Source: Alphaproteobacteria bacterium (lineage in GTDB: Bacteria > Pseudomonadota > Alphaproteobacteria > Rs-D84). Taken from it: a DNA stretch of 64,000 nucleotides. Positions 51,443-61,182 of this stretch are shown in pieces. Numbering within the stretch: position 1 is the stretch's first letter; every line of letters starts with the position of its first letter. The notes beneath the pieces are model-generated. The model had not been told where the DNA came from. It did no database searches and was given only the letters and a program-made list of their open reading frames with translations. Position numbers and translations under genes: made by a program. Location of the stretch: positions 17,919 through 81,918 of the forward strand of contig JAGBHZ010000011.1 in the NCBI GenBank assembly GCA_017935245.1, written 5' to 3'.

Positions 51443-52981
51443 TTATTCTTCGTCCTGTTTGATGTCATATGCAACCTCGCGCGCTTTCATAATAATGCGA
51501 CCCGCCAGGCGATTTGACATATTATCTTCGCCCAAGATTTCAACCAATTCATCCGATGCCAGGTCTGCTAAATCTTCCAGTGATTTAATACCCGCTTCGC
51601 CCAGTTTCATGATTGTTGGACGTTTAATAAATGTAAATGTCAACAGGTCATCTGACATCCCCAGTTTATGACCCGCATCCAGATATTCTTGTTCGGCGCG
51701 ATTTAAATAATCTTTTGCACGTTTTTGTAATTCTGCCGCTAATTCTGCGTTAAATCCTTCGATTGATTCCAATTCAGACGCTTCTACAAATGCGATTTCT
51801 TCGATTGTACGGAACCCTTCGGTAATTAACAGATGCGCAATCATTTCATCAACGTCCAGACCACCAATAAACAATTCTGTCTTTTCTTTAAATTCTTTGG
51901 CGCGACGTTCTTGTTCTTCGGTTTCGTTCATAACGTCGATGTTCCATCCAGTCAACTGGGACGCCAGGCGTACATTTTGACCACGACGACCGATTGCCAA
52001 CGATTGTTGATCTTCATTTACAACAACGGCGGCGGTACGTGTGTCTTCATCAACGATGATTTTTGCGACCTTGGCCGGTTGCATTGCATTTACAATGAAT
52101 ACAGCCGGATCTTCGGAATACAAAATAACGTCAATTTTTTCACCATGACATTCATTAATAACCGGCTGGATACGTGTTCCCTTGATACCGACGGTCATAC
52201 CAACGGCGTCAATTGATGGGTCGGCGGTTTCAACAGCAATTTTTGCATGTGAACCCGGCGCACGCGCCACAGATTTAATCTTAATAATACCTTCATAGAT
52301 TTCAGGTACTTCCTGAACAAACAGTTTTTCCATGAACATTGGATGTGTACGGGTCAAGAAAATTTGTGGTCCCGAATTAGAACGCGCAACGTCCATAATT
52401 AATGCACGTACACGATCACCCACGGCCAAACGTTCGCCTGGGATTAATTCTGTACCCTTGATATAACCTTCGGCTTTGCCGTTAATATCAACAAAGATAT
52501 TACCAAATTCAATACGTTTAACAACGCCATTAACAATGTCGCCAATATTATCTTTGAATTCTTCGAATTGACGGCCCTTTTCCGCATCGCGAACACGCGT
52601 TGTCATGATTTGTTTAGCGGTCTGAAATGCCATGCGTCCAAATTCTGGTTCTGGCAACGGATCTTCGACCACATCACCGACGACTGGATTTTTTGCATAT
52701 TTTTTTGCCTGGGCAACGGTTAACATTGTATTTGGGTCGTATTCATCACCCATGCTTTCTGGTGATTCAATAACTGTAAACAAGCGCTTTACATAAATCG
52801 CACCATTTTTGCGGTCAATATTTGCAACGATATTAAATTCTTCGCCATATTTGTGTTTTGCGATTTTTGCGATTGCGATTTCCAGTGATTCAATAACAAT
52901 ATCACGTTCAATCATCTTTTCCTGGGCCAAAGAATCAATGGCAAGCAATAAATCCTGGCGCGGCATAGAAACAAAAGACAT
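51443..52981 (-). CDS. nusA: Transcription termination/antitermination factor NusA
   Basis: S1 domain GDIVNGVVKRIEFGNIFVDI, KH domains (IGRRGQNVRLASQLTGWNIDV), C-terminal acidic repeats. Confidence 0.95.
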   Translation of the reverse strand: MSFVSMPRQDLLLAIDSLAQEKMIERDIVIESLEIAIAKIAKHKYGEEFNIVANIDRKNGAIYVKRLFTVIESPESMGDEYDPNTMLTVAQAKKYAKNPVVGDVVEDPLPEPEFGRMAFQTAKQIMTTRVRDAEKGRQFEEFKDNIGDIVNGVVKRIEFGNIFVDINGKAEGYIKGTELIPGERLAVGDRVRALIMDVARSNSGPQIFLTRTHPMFMEKLFVQEVPEIYEGIIKIKSVARAPGSHAKIAVETADPSIDAVGMTVGIKGTRIQPVINECHGEKIDVILYSEDPAVFIVNAMQPAKVAKIIVDEDTRTAAVVVNEDQQSLAIGRRGQNVRLASQLTGWNIDVMNETEEQERRAKEFKEKTELFIGGLDVDEMIAHLLITEGFRTIEEIAFVEASELESIEGFNAELAAELQKRAKDYLNRAEQEYLDAGHKLGMSDDLLTFTFIKRPTIMKLGEAGIKSLEDLADLASDELVEILGEDNMSNRLAGRIIMKAREVAYDIKQDEE

Positions 52982-53025
52982 TTGTTTTACTCCTTATGAT
53001 ATCTTGTTTACATGTCTTATTAAAA

Positions 53026-53048
53026 GGCGGGGTTCTTTCAACCCCGCC
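53026..53048 (-). terminator. Terminator-like hairpin inside the predicted nusA 5' leader
   Basis: Minus strand reads GGGCGGGGTTgaaagAACCCCGCCTTTTAA. Lies between the promoter at 53076-53103 and the nusA Shine-Dalgarno. Confidence 0.45.
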
Positions 53049-53075
53049 CTTAAAAACTCGTTTAAGAACAATCGT

Positions 53076-53103
53076 ATTGTAACACCGAATCGGACAAATG
53101 CAA
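53076..53103 (-). promoter_or_regulatory. Candidate nusA promoter TTGCAT-16-TACAAT
   Basis: Read on the minus strand. Spacing counted by hand. Confidence 0.4.
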
Positions 53104-53131
53104 GGGAAAAAACATAATATACTTTATTTAT

Positions 53132-53160
53132 TTGACGGTATGCGTTTTGGGTTTTATACT
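53132..53160 (+). promoter_or_regulatory. Promoter TTGACG-17-TATACT, 9 nt upstream of the ATG at 53170 (leaderless-type)
   Basis: Spacing counted by hand. No Shine-Dalgarno before the ATG. Confidence 0.45.
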
Positions 53161-53169
53161 TACACAGAT

Positions 53170-54228
53170 ATGAAAATTATAAACAAGTATTTTTCGCGAC
53201 AATTGGTTGCTATATTTTTTATGCTGCTGATGGTGTTAACGGGACTGGCATGGATGGTTCAGATTATGTCCATGATGAAGTTTTTGTTGAACTATGGCGT
53301 GGATCTGGGCAGTTTTATTGGCATGACCGCAATGATGATTCCATTTATTACGTCAATCGTTGTGCCGTTCGTAACATTTATTGCGGTTATGTTTATTTAC
53401 AATAAATTGATATCAGACAATGAAATAACCGTTATGGCGGCGTCTGGGATGTCGCCGCGCGGTTTGGCAATGCCGGCAATATGGTTTGCAGGCATTATTA
53501 CAGCACTGCATCTAATACTTAGTATATGGATTGTTCCGTCAACCCAGGCAAAGTTTTATGACACACAATGGAATCTGCGATATGGTATGGCGCATATGAA
53601 ATTGCAAGAGGGGGCGTTCACAGAACTAAACGACGGTTTGGTTGTATATGTGGATAAAGTGTCTGGCCATGATTTAGCCCAGGTAATGTTATCCGACCAG
53701 CGCGCCGATAATTCATGGCAAACAATTTTCGCAGAAAAAGGAAAATTAATTTCAACACCACGTGGATTATCTATTGTTATGACGAACGGTTCACTTCAGG
53801 CAACCGGTAATGCAATGGTAACTGGCACATTTGACACATTTGATATGGATTTAAATATTGTTGATAACGGCGGAAACAATTCATATCGTGTGCGTCGTGT
53901 TTCAACAGAAAACCTAATAAAATCTTTACTGGATTCGCCAAGTGAAAAACGACATAAAATTGTATTAACAGAATTATCAAATCGATTCTTGATGCCGATA
54001 ATGAATTTGGTCCTGACGATTTTATGTATGTGTGTTTTATTGCGTTCATCCCTGTTGCGCCGTCGGGCCAGTGTTGCACCCGCCATTGCGGTTGCGTTAA
54101 TGGCCACAGTTATGGCGTTGTTTATGTCGGGTTCGAATATGATTAGCAGCCTGACGGGATTTGCGATATTAACATTATTAGAATTTGTCTTGTTGGTTGG
54201 TTTGTTTGTTATATTGGCGCGCAAATGA
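53170..54228 (+). CDS. LptF/LptG-family LPS export permease
   Basis: N-terminus MKIINKYFSRQL, six-TM YjgP/YjgQ-like layout with a periplasmic insert. Overlaps lptD by 4 nt. Confidence 0.75.
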   Translation: MKIINKYFSRQLVAIFFMLLMVLTGLAWMVQIMSMMKFLLNYGVDLGSFIGMTAMMIPFITSIVVPFVTFIAVMFIYNKLISDNEITVMAASGMSPRGLAMPAIWFAGIITALHLILSIWIVPSTQAKFYDTQWNLRYGMAHMKLQEGAFTELNDGLVVYVDKVSGHDLAQVMLSDQRADNSWQTIFAEKGKLISTPRGLSIVMTNGSLQATGNAMVTGTFDTFDMDLNIVDNGGNNSYRVRRVSTENLIKSLLDSPSEKRHKIVLTELSNRFLMPIMNLVLTILCMCVLLRSSLLRRRASVAPAIAVALMATVMALFMSGSNMISSLTGFAILTLLEFVLLVGLFVILARK

Positions 54229-56249
54229 AAAAGAAGTATGGAATTTTTATGTGCTGTTTTATGGTAAATTCATTTGCCATGGCCAACATGTCGGTCAACG
54301 TTGACGAACCAAAAACAATTACCGCCGATAAAATTGAATACGACCTGAAAAACGCAGTTATTAAAACATCGGGCCAGACCGAAATTGTGAATAAATCTGG
54401 CCAGCGCATGACACTAACAGATTCTTATATTTCCCAAAATGGCGACAGTTTGACCGGCGATGATATAAAACTGTGGATTGGCGATCATGTCTATATTGAA
54501 TCTGCAAATATTGAACGTACGGGAAATACCACGGTTGCGCGCGATGCGTTATTTACGGCATGCGATAATTGCGATGGTTTTGGGGATGCGTGGAAAATTT
54601 CAACATATAAAATCGTATATAAGATGGATGCACGAATGCTGCGGTTTTATAGTCCGGTTCTGTGGGCATATGATATCCCGGTATTATGGTTGCCATATTT
54701 TGAAATGCCCGATCCCGGTGTAAAGTATAAAACAGGATTCTTGACCCCTGATTTTGAATCCACGAACAATATGGGAACACAAATAAACATCCCATTGTAT
54801 GTTAATTTTTCAGACACGCATGATATGACATTTAAATTGTCATATTTGACCCAGGAAAACCCGCTGTTTGAAATTGACCACCGCCTTAATGCGGAACATT
54901 CCGAATATCGTACCCAGGGGTCATACACATATAACAAGGCCGGCGAGAGTCGTTGGCACATCTTTAATGATGATGTTATTGAGTTGGGCGATAATGCGCG
55001 CGCGACAATATTCTTGGAACGCGCATCAGACAAAACATATCTGCAAAAATATGGATTTTATAGTGATCAGCCATATTTGGATTCGGGGGCAAAACTGGAA
55101 TTGTTTGGTCAATCGGCATACGCGGTTGCAGACATGCACATATTCCAAGAAATGCGCAGTGAATATCGTGGCACCAATACAATCCCCAGTGGTAACATTT
55201 TACCCAACATACGTGGTGTGTACCAGACGCGTCCATTATTCAATGAAACATACATGACATTTATAACCGATGTATTGGGTGTATCTGGTGATGGTTCTTC
55301 GTCCCAGCGTATAACCGGCGACGCACGTATAATATCGCCATGGACACTGTGGGGGGGGAATCGATTAACACTAAGTTTAGATGCACGTTATGATTTGTAT
55401 CACTTTGATAATTCGGACCTGATTGATGAATCTGATTTTTCTGGGTTTAAAAATCGTTTCTTGCCCAGTGGATATGTCGAATGGGGGTTGCCGATGTTTC
55501 GTCCCGGGGACACCTGGACCCAGGTTATTGAACCGCGGGCGCGTCTGACCGTTATGCGAAAAACAGATGAAGAACAATTCAGTTTGAACACAGATTCGGC
55601 CGGTACATTTTTGTCTGATTCAACATTGTTTTCAGATAATCGTTTTTCGGGTTATGATTTATGGGAAAATGGAACGTTTTCAGATTATGGGGTGCGCTGG
55701 TCTGCATTTAATAACAAAGATGGACAAAATGCCGAAATCTTTGTCGGCCAGGCATATGATTTTACCGACCGCGCCGCCACCGATGTCAACAGCGGTTATC
55801 ATCATGGCGCATCGGACTATGTGGGGCGCATCGGGTATAATAACAATAAATGGTTGGATATTGCGTCGCGTTTTCGCCTGGATCGAACAGATTTAGCGCT
55901 GCGCCATTTTGAAACATCGCTTCACATTGGAACAAACAAGAATTTTATAAACATCGGCCACATCTATTCGCAACAGTTCGAAGAAACACATGCCCGTATG
56001 GATGATATTAACGAAGCGGTAATCGGTGCCGGTATCCAATTAACAAATCGTTGGGCGTTGCGTTGGAACGGTATTTATAACATGACAATTGATGAATTTC
56101 AGCGTCATACAGGCGGCCTGTTCTATGAACACCCATGCTATTATTTGTCCGTGCAATATCGTCGTGATAACGCGGTCAAAGAAGACTATGTCGGAACAAC
56201 GACATTTCAATTCAGATTTGGGATGAGTATTGATGGCCAACGCTATTAA
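54225..56249 (+). CDS. lptD: LPS assembly outer membrane protein LptD
   Basis: Signal peptide, OstA-like N-terminus (ITADKIEYDLKNAVIKTSGQTEIV), large aromatic-rich beta-barrel region. Confidence 0.8.
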   Translation: MKKKYGIFMCCFMVNSFAMANMSVNVDEPKTITADKIEYDLKNAVIKTSGQTEIVNKSGQRMTLTDSYISQNGDSLTGDDIKLWIGDHVYIESANIERTGNTTVARDALFTACDNCDGFGDAWKISTYKIVYKMDARMLRFYSPVLWAYDIPVLWLPYFEMPDPGVKYKTGFLTPDFESTNNMGTQINIPLYVNFSDTHDMTFKLSYLTQENPLFEIDHRLNAEHSEYRTQGSYTYNKAGESRWHIFNDDVIELGDNARATIFLERASDKTYLQKYGFYSDQPYLDSGAKLELFGQSAYAVADMHIFQEMRSEYRGTNTIPSGNILPNIRGVYQTRPLFNETYMTFITDVLGVSGDGSSSQRITGDARIISPWTLWGGNRLTLSLDARYDLYHFDNSDLIDESDFSGFKNRFLPSGYVEWGLPMFRPGDTWTQVIEPRARLTVMRKTDEEQFSLNTDSAGTFLSDSTLFSDNRFSGYDLWENGTFSDYGVRWSAFNNKDGQNAEIFVGQAYDFTDRAATDVNSGYHHGASDYVGRIGYNNNKWLDIASRFRLDRTDLALRHFETSLHIGTNKNFINIGHIYSQQFEETHARMDDINEAVIGAGIQLTNRWALRWNGIYNMTIDEFQRHTGGLFYEHPCYYLSVQYRRDNAVKEDYVGTTTFQFRFGMSIDGQRY

Positions 56250-56260
56250 AAGGAAGTGAA

Positions 56261-57079
56261 ATGAAAAAAACGTTAATTTTATTGTCGTTATTATTTGCGT
56301 TACCCGCATATGGCGCATCGGTTGTTGCAACCGTTAATGGCAAACCGATAACCGATACCGATGTTACATCGCGCACAACATTAATGGCCAAACAGGGTAA
56401 AACATCATCTGACAATCGTCGTGTTGCATTAAATGCGATTATTGATGATGCGGTAAAGTTGGCGCATGCATCAAACTTTGGCGCGGTGCCCGATGACGCG
56501 GATGTTGATAAAGAATTGGCGAAAATGAAACTGGGGGATTTGACGGCCGCAGAAAAAGACATGGCGCGTTCGGCCCTGAAATCAGAAATCGCCTGGCAGG
56601 TTTTGGTTGCACGTACAATCATGCCAAATATTGATGTTAGTAACGATGAAATTAACGCCGAAAAAATATCCCTGGCATCTGAACATGGATTGCCGATTGA
56701 AATGACGATTGTGCGCCTGATTGATATCCCCGCCGATGTTGCAAAAAAATTAAGCAAACCAAAATCGTGTGATGATGCAATAAAAATGGCCGAAGATTTG
56801 GGTGGCGCGCCACAAAAGTTTTCTGCCCTTCAATATGAATTGGCGGCCGATATCCGTTCGCGTGTTGCAAATTTACCATTGCTAACATGGTCCCCGCGCG
56901 TCGATAACAGTGTTTTATTAGTTTGCAATACAAAAAAAACAAAGGAATATGGTGAACTGGATAATGTGATTAAGCAAAACGCGATATTTAAATCTGCGAT
57001 GTTCCAGGCCGACCAACAACTAAAACAATTACGTCGCAAGGCGGTAATTGTCATCAACGACAACAGATATAAATTATAA
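56261..57079 (+). CDS. SurA-like periplasmic chaperone with degenerate parvulin region
   Basis: Signal peptide followed by VVATVNGKPITDTDV. Conserved position after lptD. Confidence 0.6.
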   Translation: MKKTLILLSLLFALPAYGASVVATVNGKPITDTDVTSRTTLMAKQGKTSSDNRRVALNAIIDDAVKLAHASNFGAVPDDADVDKELAKMKLGDLTAAEKDMARSALKSEIAWQVLVARTIMPNIDVSNDEINAEKISLASEHGLPIEMTIVRLIDIPADVAKKLSKPKSCDDAIKMAEDLGGAPQKFSALQYELAADIRSRVANLPLLTWSPRVDNSVLLVCNTKKTKEYGELDNVIKQNAIFKSAMFQADQQLKQLRRKAVIVINDNRYKL

Positions 57080-57081
57080 TC

Positions 57082-58191
57082 ATGACCAAGCCAATATTAT
57101 TTAATTTTTCTGATTCAGAATTGACCGCATATGTTGAACAGATGGGATTGCCCCGTTTCCGGGCAAAACAAATACGCGAATGGTTAATGCGTGGTGCGCC
57201 GGACGCGGCATCAATGAAAAATCTGGCGGAAAATTTGCGACGTGATTTGGACGCATCTGCATATACTTTGCCGGTAAAAATTATAAAAAAATTAGAATCA
57301 TCGGATGGCGAAACAACCAAATTTTTATTAGAATTACATGACGGCGAACAAATCGAGTGCGTTTTAATGCGCACCACATATGGCAACAGTGTATGTGTCA
57401 GTTCCCAGGCCGGATGCGCGATGGGATGTAAATTCTGTGCCAGTACGCTGCTGGGCCTGAAACGGAATTTGACCGCTAATGAAATATTTGCACAAATTCT
57501 GGTTGCCCAGTGGGAATTACGTAATGATAAGTTTAGTGATAAACCAATTCGCCCAAACGGTGATGCAAATAACAATGATGTTTCGCATATCGTTATTATG
57601 GGTACGGGCGAACCATTACAGAACACAGAAAATGTAATCGACTTTATCGAACGCGCAAATCATGATATGGGTATTGGATGGCGCAGGATAACGGTTTCAA
57701 CGTGTGGAATTGTGCCGGGAATTGAACGCTTGATTCAATGGGGGCGTCCAATTAATTTGGCGATTTCTTTGCATGCACCAACGGATGAATTACGCGCGCA
57801 AATTATGCCGATTAATAATAAATATAAATTAAGCGAAGTGCTGGATGCGGCGTGGCGTTTTACCGACACACACAATCGTCAATTAATGATTGAATATATA
57901 TTACTGGGGCGGCGTGATGAAAACGGCGAAACGGTTCTGTATAATGCAACACCCGAATATGCAGAAAAGTTATCAGAATTATTGCGTGGTAAAAATTGTA
58001 TGGTGAATTTAATACCATGGAACGCGGTTGATGAACGTGATTTTGCGTCCCCATCGGGCAATGCGGTTCATCGGTTCCAAGATATATTAATTAAAAACGG
58101 TATTCACACACGAATTCGTCGCGAACGTGGCACAGACATCGGTTCTGCATGTGGCCAGTTACGATTAAACAATGCCAAGAATAAAAAATAA
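57082..58191 (+). CDS. rlmN: Radical-SAM 23S rRNA/tRNA A2503-C2 methyltransferase RlmN
   Basis: CAMGCKFCAS, GTGEPL and IPWN. Confidence 0.9.
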   Translation: MTKPILFNFSDSELTAYVEQMGLPRFRAKQIREWLMRGAPDAASMKNLAENLRRDLDASAYTLPVKIIKKLESSDGETTKFLLELHDGEQIECVLMRTTYGNSVCVSSQAGCAMGCKFCASTLLGLKRNLTANEIFAQILVAQWELRNDKFSDKPIRPNGDANNNDVSHIVIMGTGEPLQNTENVIDFIERANHDMGIGWRRITVSTCGIVPGIERLIQWGRPINLAISLHAPTDELRAQIMPINNKYKLSEVLDAAWRFTDTHNRQLMIEYILLGRRDENGETVLYNATPEYAEKLSELLRGKNCMVNLIPWNAVDERDFASPSGNAVHRFQDILIKNGIHTRIRRERGTDIGSACGQLRLNNAKNKK

Positions 58192-58214
58192 AACCGCCAA
58201 TTGGCGGTTTTTTA
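58191..58214. terminator. Bidirectional terminator between rlmN and infC
   Basis: AAAACCGCCaattGGCGGTTTTTT. Confidence 0.75.
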
Positions 58215-58760
58215 TTTCGTTGGTGCAACGATAATAGATTTTGTTCGTTCATCGGGTTTTGATTTTGATTCTAATGTTCCACGTTCACCAATAATTTCCA
58301 AGATACGCGCAAATAATTCTGGAACGGCATCTTTGCCACGTGCCAAAACCTTCTTTGACCCTTTGGTCATGACGGCAATTTTAACCTTGTTACCATCGCC
58401 CAGAAATTCCAAAACCTTTTTCATTTTGATGTTCAGGTCGTTTTCTTCGATAAACGGTTTTACCCAAACTTCCTTCATTTCGGTTGTTTTTTGGTGTTTT
58501 TTTGCCTCTGCGGCGCGCTTTTTCTGTTCATATTTGAATTTGCCATAGTCCATGATTTTTGTAATCGGTGTTGGGCCATTGGCGTTCATTTCAACCAAAT
58601 CCAATCCCATATCCATGGCCATGGCAATTGCGTTTGCCGTCGGCATAATACCCAGATTTTGACCATCTGCACTGATTACCTGGACCGATTTGGCGGTAAT
58701 ACGATTATTCATACGTGGGCCGACATCGCGGCGATTATCACGATTTAATGTTGGTTTAAT
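58212..58760 (-). CDS. infC: Translation initiation factor IF-3 with ATT start codon
   Basis: The frame stays open upstream of the track ATG (58712) as IKPTLNRDNRRDVGPR. The ATT at 58760 lies 6 nt after GGAG. Confidence 0.8.
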   Translation of the reverse strand: MKPTLNRDNRRDVGPRMNNRITAKSVQVISADGQNLGIMPTANAIAMAMDMGLDLVEMNANGPTPITKIMDYGKFKYEQKKRAAEAKKHQKTTEMKEVWVKPFIEENDLNIKMKKVLEFLGDGNKVKIAVMTKGSKKVLARGKDAVPELFARILEIIGERGTLESKSKPDERTKSIIVAPTK

Positions 58761-58803
58761 TGTATGCTCCTTTTGATATACATGCGCGAATTATTAACTA
58801 TTT

Positions 58804-59574
58804 TTAAGCACTTTTCAACAAATTTTGTACATTTTGCAGGGCGTTCCACACATCACGCTTGGCCGCAGGTTTTAATATCAGGTAATTTGGATGAAAGATT
58901 GGCATAATAATTTTTCCATCATCCATTGTAACCGGCACACCATGTCCCCGCCCCAGGTTGATGTTTGCAATTTCCATTGCCGGCAATGTCCCCAGCGTTA
59001 ATATCACACGTGGCGCCATTAATTCCAATGCGCGATTAACAAACGGACGTGATAAATCGATTTCTTCGCGTGTGGGGGTGCGCCCACCCGGTGTGCGCCA
59101 AAAAATCATCGGCATAATTGATACCATGTCGCGCGACATAGCAATTGCATTTAACATCTTGTCCATCATTTCGCCGGCCGCGCCACTTAAAATATCCCCC
59201 GATGAATCATCATCTGCGCCCGGGATGTCGGTCAGAATCAATAAACCATTTGGATTTGGGGCATTATGAATTGTAACTGTGTTCGTTGCAGTTGTACGTA
59301 ACGGATGCTTGAATTCACAAATCATACGGTTCAGTGCATCAATATCCGTTGGACGCGATGCAATTGATTTTGCCATATCGACCGATATTGGTGCCGATGG
59401 CGCAATTGGTGGCACAATTGCCGTTGCCACGCGTGCGCCGGGTGCCGAATCAGTTGTGGTGCCCGTCCCGGGATTTTGTTGTGGCGTATTAATGTTTGCG
59501 CGCACCAGTGGAACGTCCGTAATTTCCCATTTTATTCCCGCCAAACACAAATCTTGCAACGCATTATATGCCAT
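58804..59574 (-). CDS. Uracil-DNA glycosylase superfamily (family 4-like) protein with N-terminal extension
   Basis: LLILTDIPGADDDSSGDILSGAAGEMMDKML resembles the GExPGxxEDxxGxPFxGxAGxLL motif. Confidence 0.55.
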   Translation of the reverse strand: MAYNALQDLCLAGIKWEITDVPLVRANINTPQQNPGTGTTTDSAPGARVATAIVPPIAPSAPISVDMAKSIASRPTDIDALNRMICEFKHPLRTTATNTVTIHNAPNPNGLLILTDIPGADDDSSGDILSGAAGEMMDKMLNAIAMSRDMVSIMPMIFWRTPGGRTPTREEIDLSRPFVNRALELMAPRVILTLGTLPAMEIANINLGRGHGVPVTMDDGKIIMPIFHPNYLILKPAAKRDVWNALQNVQNLLKSA

Positions 59575-59651
59575 TCTTGTTTTTCCTTGATTTTTCACAA
59601 CTTTCATAGTAGAATATACCACGAGCAACAGAAACTCAAGGGAGTATTTTC

Positions 59652-60068
59652 ATGAAAATTAAAAACTTTGCTATGTTGGCTGGTGTTGCGGGTCTGTTGG
59701 CCGCCTGTGGTGGTTCCAGCATCGTTGAACCGGCTGATTTAAACGAACAACGCGTATTCTTTGCGTTCAATTCTTCTGAAATTTCCGAAGATGCAAAAAA
59801 CAACCTGTTGGGCCAGGCGTTGTATATGAAAAACCACGAAGATGTTAAAATCCAGATTGCTGGTAACTGCGACGAACGTGGTTCAACCGAATACAACTTG
59901 GCATTGGGTGCAAAACGTGCAAACGCCGCCAAAGAAGTTATCGTAAACGATGGTATTGATGCAAAACGTATCTCTACAATTTCTTATGGCAAAGAACGCC
60001 CATTGGTTCAGGGTTCTGGCGAAGAAGTCTGGAAATGGAATCGTAACGCAACAACAACAGTTAAATAA
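59652..60068 (+). CDS. pal: Peptidoglycan-associated lipoprotein Pal
   Basis: Lipobox LLAACGG and OmpA-like GNCDERGSTEYNLALGAKRANAAKE. Confidence 0.85.
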   Translation: MKIKNFAMLAGVAGLLAACGGSSIVEPADLNEQRVFFAFNSSEISEDAKNNLLGQALYMKNHEDVKIQIAGNCDERGSTEYNLALGAKRANAAKEVIVNDGIDAKRISTISYGKERPLVQGSGEEVWKWNRNATTTVK

Positions 60069-60087
60069 TTTAATTGTTATTGGAATT

Positions 60088-60114
60088 AAAATCCCCCAAA
60101 TGGGGGATTTTTTT
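60088..60114 (+). terminator. Terminator after pal
   Basis: AAAATCCCCCaaatGGGGGATTTTTTT. Confidence 0.75.
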
Positions 60115-60147
60115 ATGAGATATGAAACATGTGACATGATACCGCGA

Positions 60148-60170
60148 TAAACTTTTATTTATCTTAGCAT
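60148..60170 (+). promoter_or_regulatory. Conserved upstream box AAACTTTTATTTATCTTAGCATT (copy 3 of 3)
   Basis: Abuts the -35 box, as in copy 1. Confidence 0.6.
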
Positions 60171-60198
60171 TTGCACAAATATAAACAATCCGTTATAA
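60170..60198 (+). promoter_or_regulatory. Promoter TTGCAC-17-TATAAT of cysteine-rich cassette copy 2
   Basis: Spacing counted by hand. Confidence 0.65.
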
Positions 60199-60205
60199 TA
60201 TACGT

Positions 60206-60424
60206 GTTATGGTGATTTACCATAATGGGGTGTAGTAACCCGTACTAATAGCGTCCAAATTGTTTGGATGAACATAGACTCCTGAATATAAACGTCAGGA
60301 GGGTTGCGAATATATTGAATAAGCACACAATTCTATTAGATTGTTACTAACCTCCTGACCACTCGAAAGTTTTCGGTGGTTTTTGTTTTTTCGCGAATAA
60401 AACAAAAGAAAGGGAGTGATACAG
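60206..60424 (+). promoter_or_regulatory. Conserved structured 5' leader RNA, copy 2
   Basis: Same block order as 19996-20242. The P1 stem carries compensatory changes. Confidence 0.55.
60358..60391 (+). terminator. Intrinsic terminator inside leader copy 2
   Basis: ACCAC(T)CGAAagttTTCGGTGGT followed by TTTTGTTTTTT. Confidence 0.65.
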
Positions 60425-60862
60425 ATGAAAAAACTTTTAACTTTGGTTATGCTTTCTGCGATGCTTGCCATGCCCGCATTTGCAGTCCAAAAATGCGTGG
60501 CGTTGAATAGCAGTATGACAACATGTACCAAGTCTAGTAATGAAACATATAGTATTGAGTGGTCAGCCAACTGTACAACAAATGGTGCCAGTTTATCTGT
60601 CAAGGGTGTCGGCATATGTGCCAGTAATTCGGCAAGCAGTGTTGGTGCAGAAGGGCGTACCGCAACATTGGTAGACGATTCTACGCAACATGTTAATTGT
60701 TGGTGTCGACTGGTAAGTCCGGTGTTATCAACATGGCGTTTTAGTCATACTGCACCATACGCTGGACATTGTTCGGAAAATTGTGCAAATACTTGTGCCA
60801 GTATTCTCGCAACAAATTCAGATTTTAGAAGCAAAATATTATCTTATGGTTTGTCAGATTAA
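60425..60862 (+). CDS. Secreted cysteine-rich protein A, copy 2 (145 aa)
   Basis: Signal peptide MKKLLTLVMLSAMLAMPAFA. Nine Cys in the mature protein, NCWC motif, C-terminal LSD as in copy 1. Confidence 0.7.
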   Translation: MKKLLTLVMLSAMLAMPAFAVQKCVALNSSMTTCTKSSNETYSIEWSANCTTNGASLSVKGVGICASNSASSVGAEGRTATLVDDSTQHVNCWCRLVSPVLSTWRFSHTAPYAGHCSENCANTCASILATNSDFRSKILSYGLSD

Positions 60863-60876
60863 AAAAGGGTCGTGGC

Positions 60877-61149
60877 ATGAAACGAATAATAATTTTATTG
60901 GCGTGTGTGCCGTTACTTGCACATGCCGCCGCGCCATCAACAACATGCCCATCGGGTTATGTTACAATTAATAGCCCAAACATAACCATTGCGACAACGT
61001 GCCCCAGTGGTTATATATCCATTGGCACGGCGGAATCGTGTTTGGTGGAAAGTCCATCGGGGAATTGCATAATGTATGCGCCGGCAGGTGTTGATTATAC
61101 AGATGATACGGGGACATATGAATTTACCGATGCGTGTCCAATGTCGTAA
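60877..61149 (+). CDS. Secreted cysteine-rich protein B, copy 2 (90 aa)
   Basis: MKRIIILLACVPLLAHA, CPSGY repeats, and GTYEFTDACPM shared with copy 1. Confidence 0.7.
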   Translation: MKRIIILLACVPLLAHAAAPSTTCPSGYVTINSPNITIATTCPSGYISIGTAESCLVESPSGNCIMYAPAGVDYTDDTGTYEFTDACPMS

Positions 61150-61152
61150 GAT

Positions 61153-61182
61153 AAAAATCCCGCCAAACGGCGGGATTTTTTT
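61153..61182. terminator. Bidirectional terminator shared with the MacA-like gene
   Basis: AAAAATCCCGCCaaacGGCGGGATTTTTTT. Confidence 0.75.
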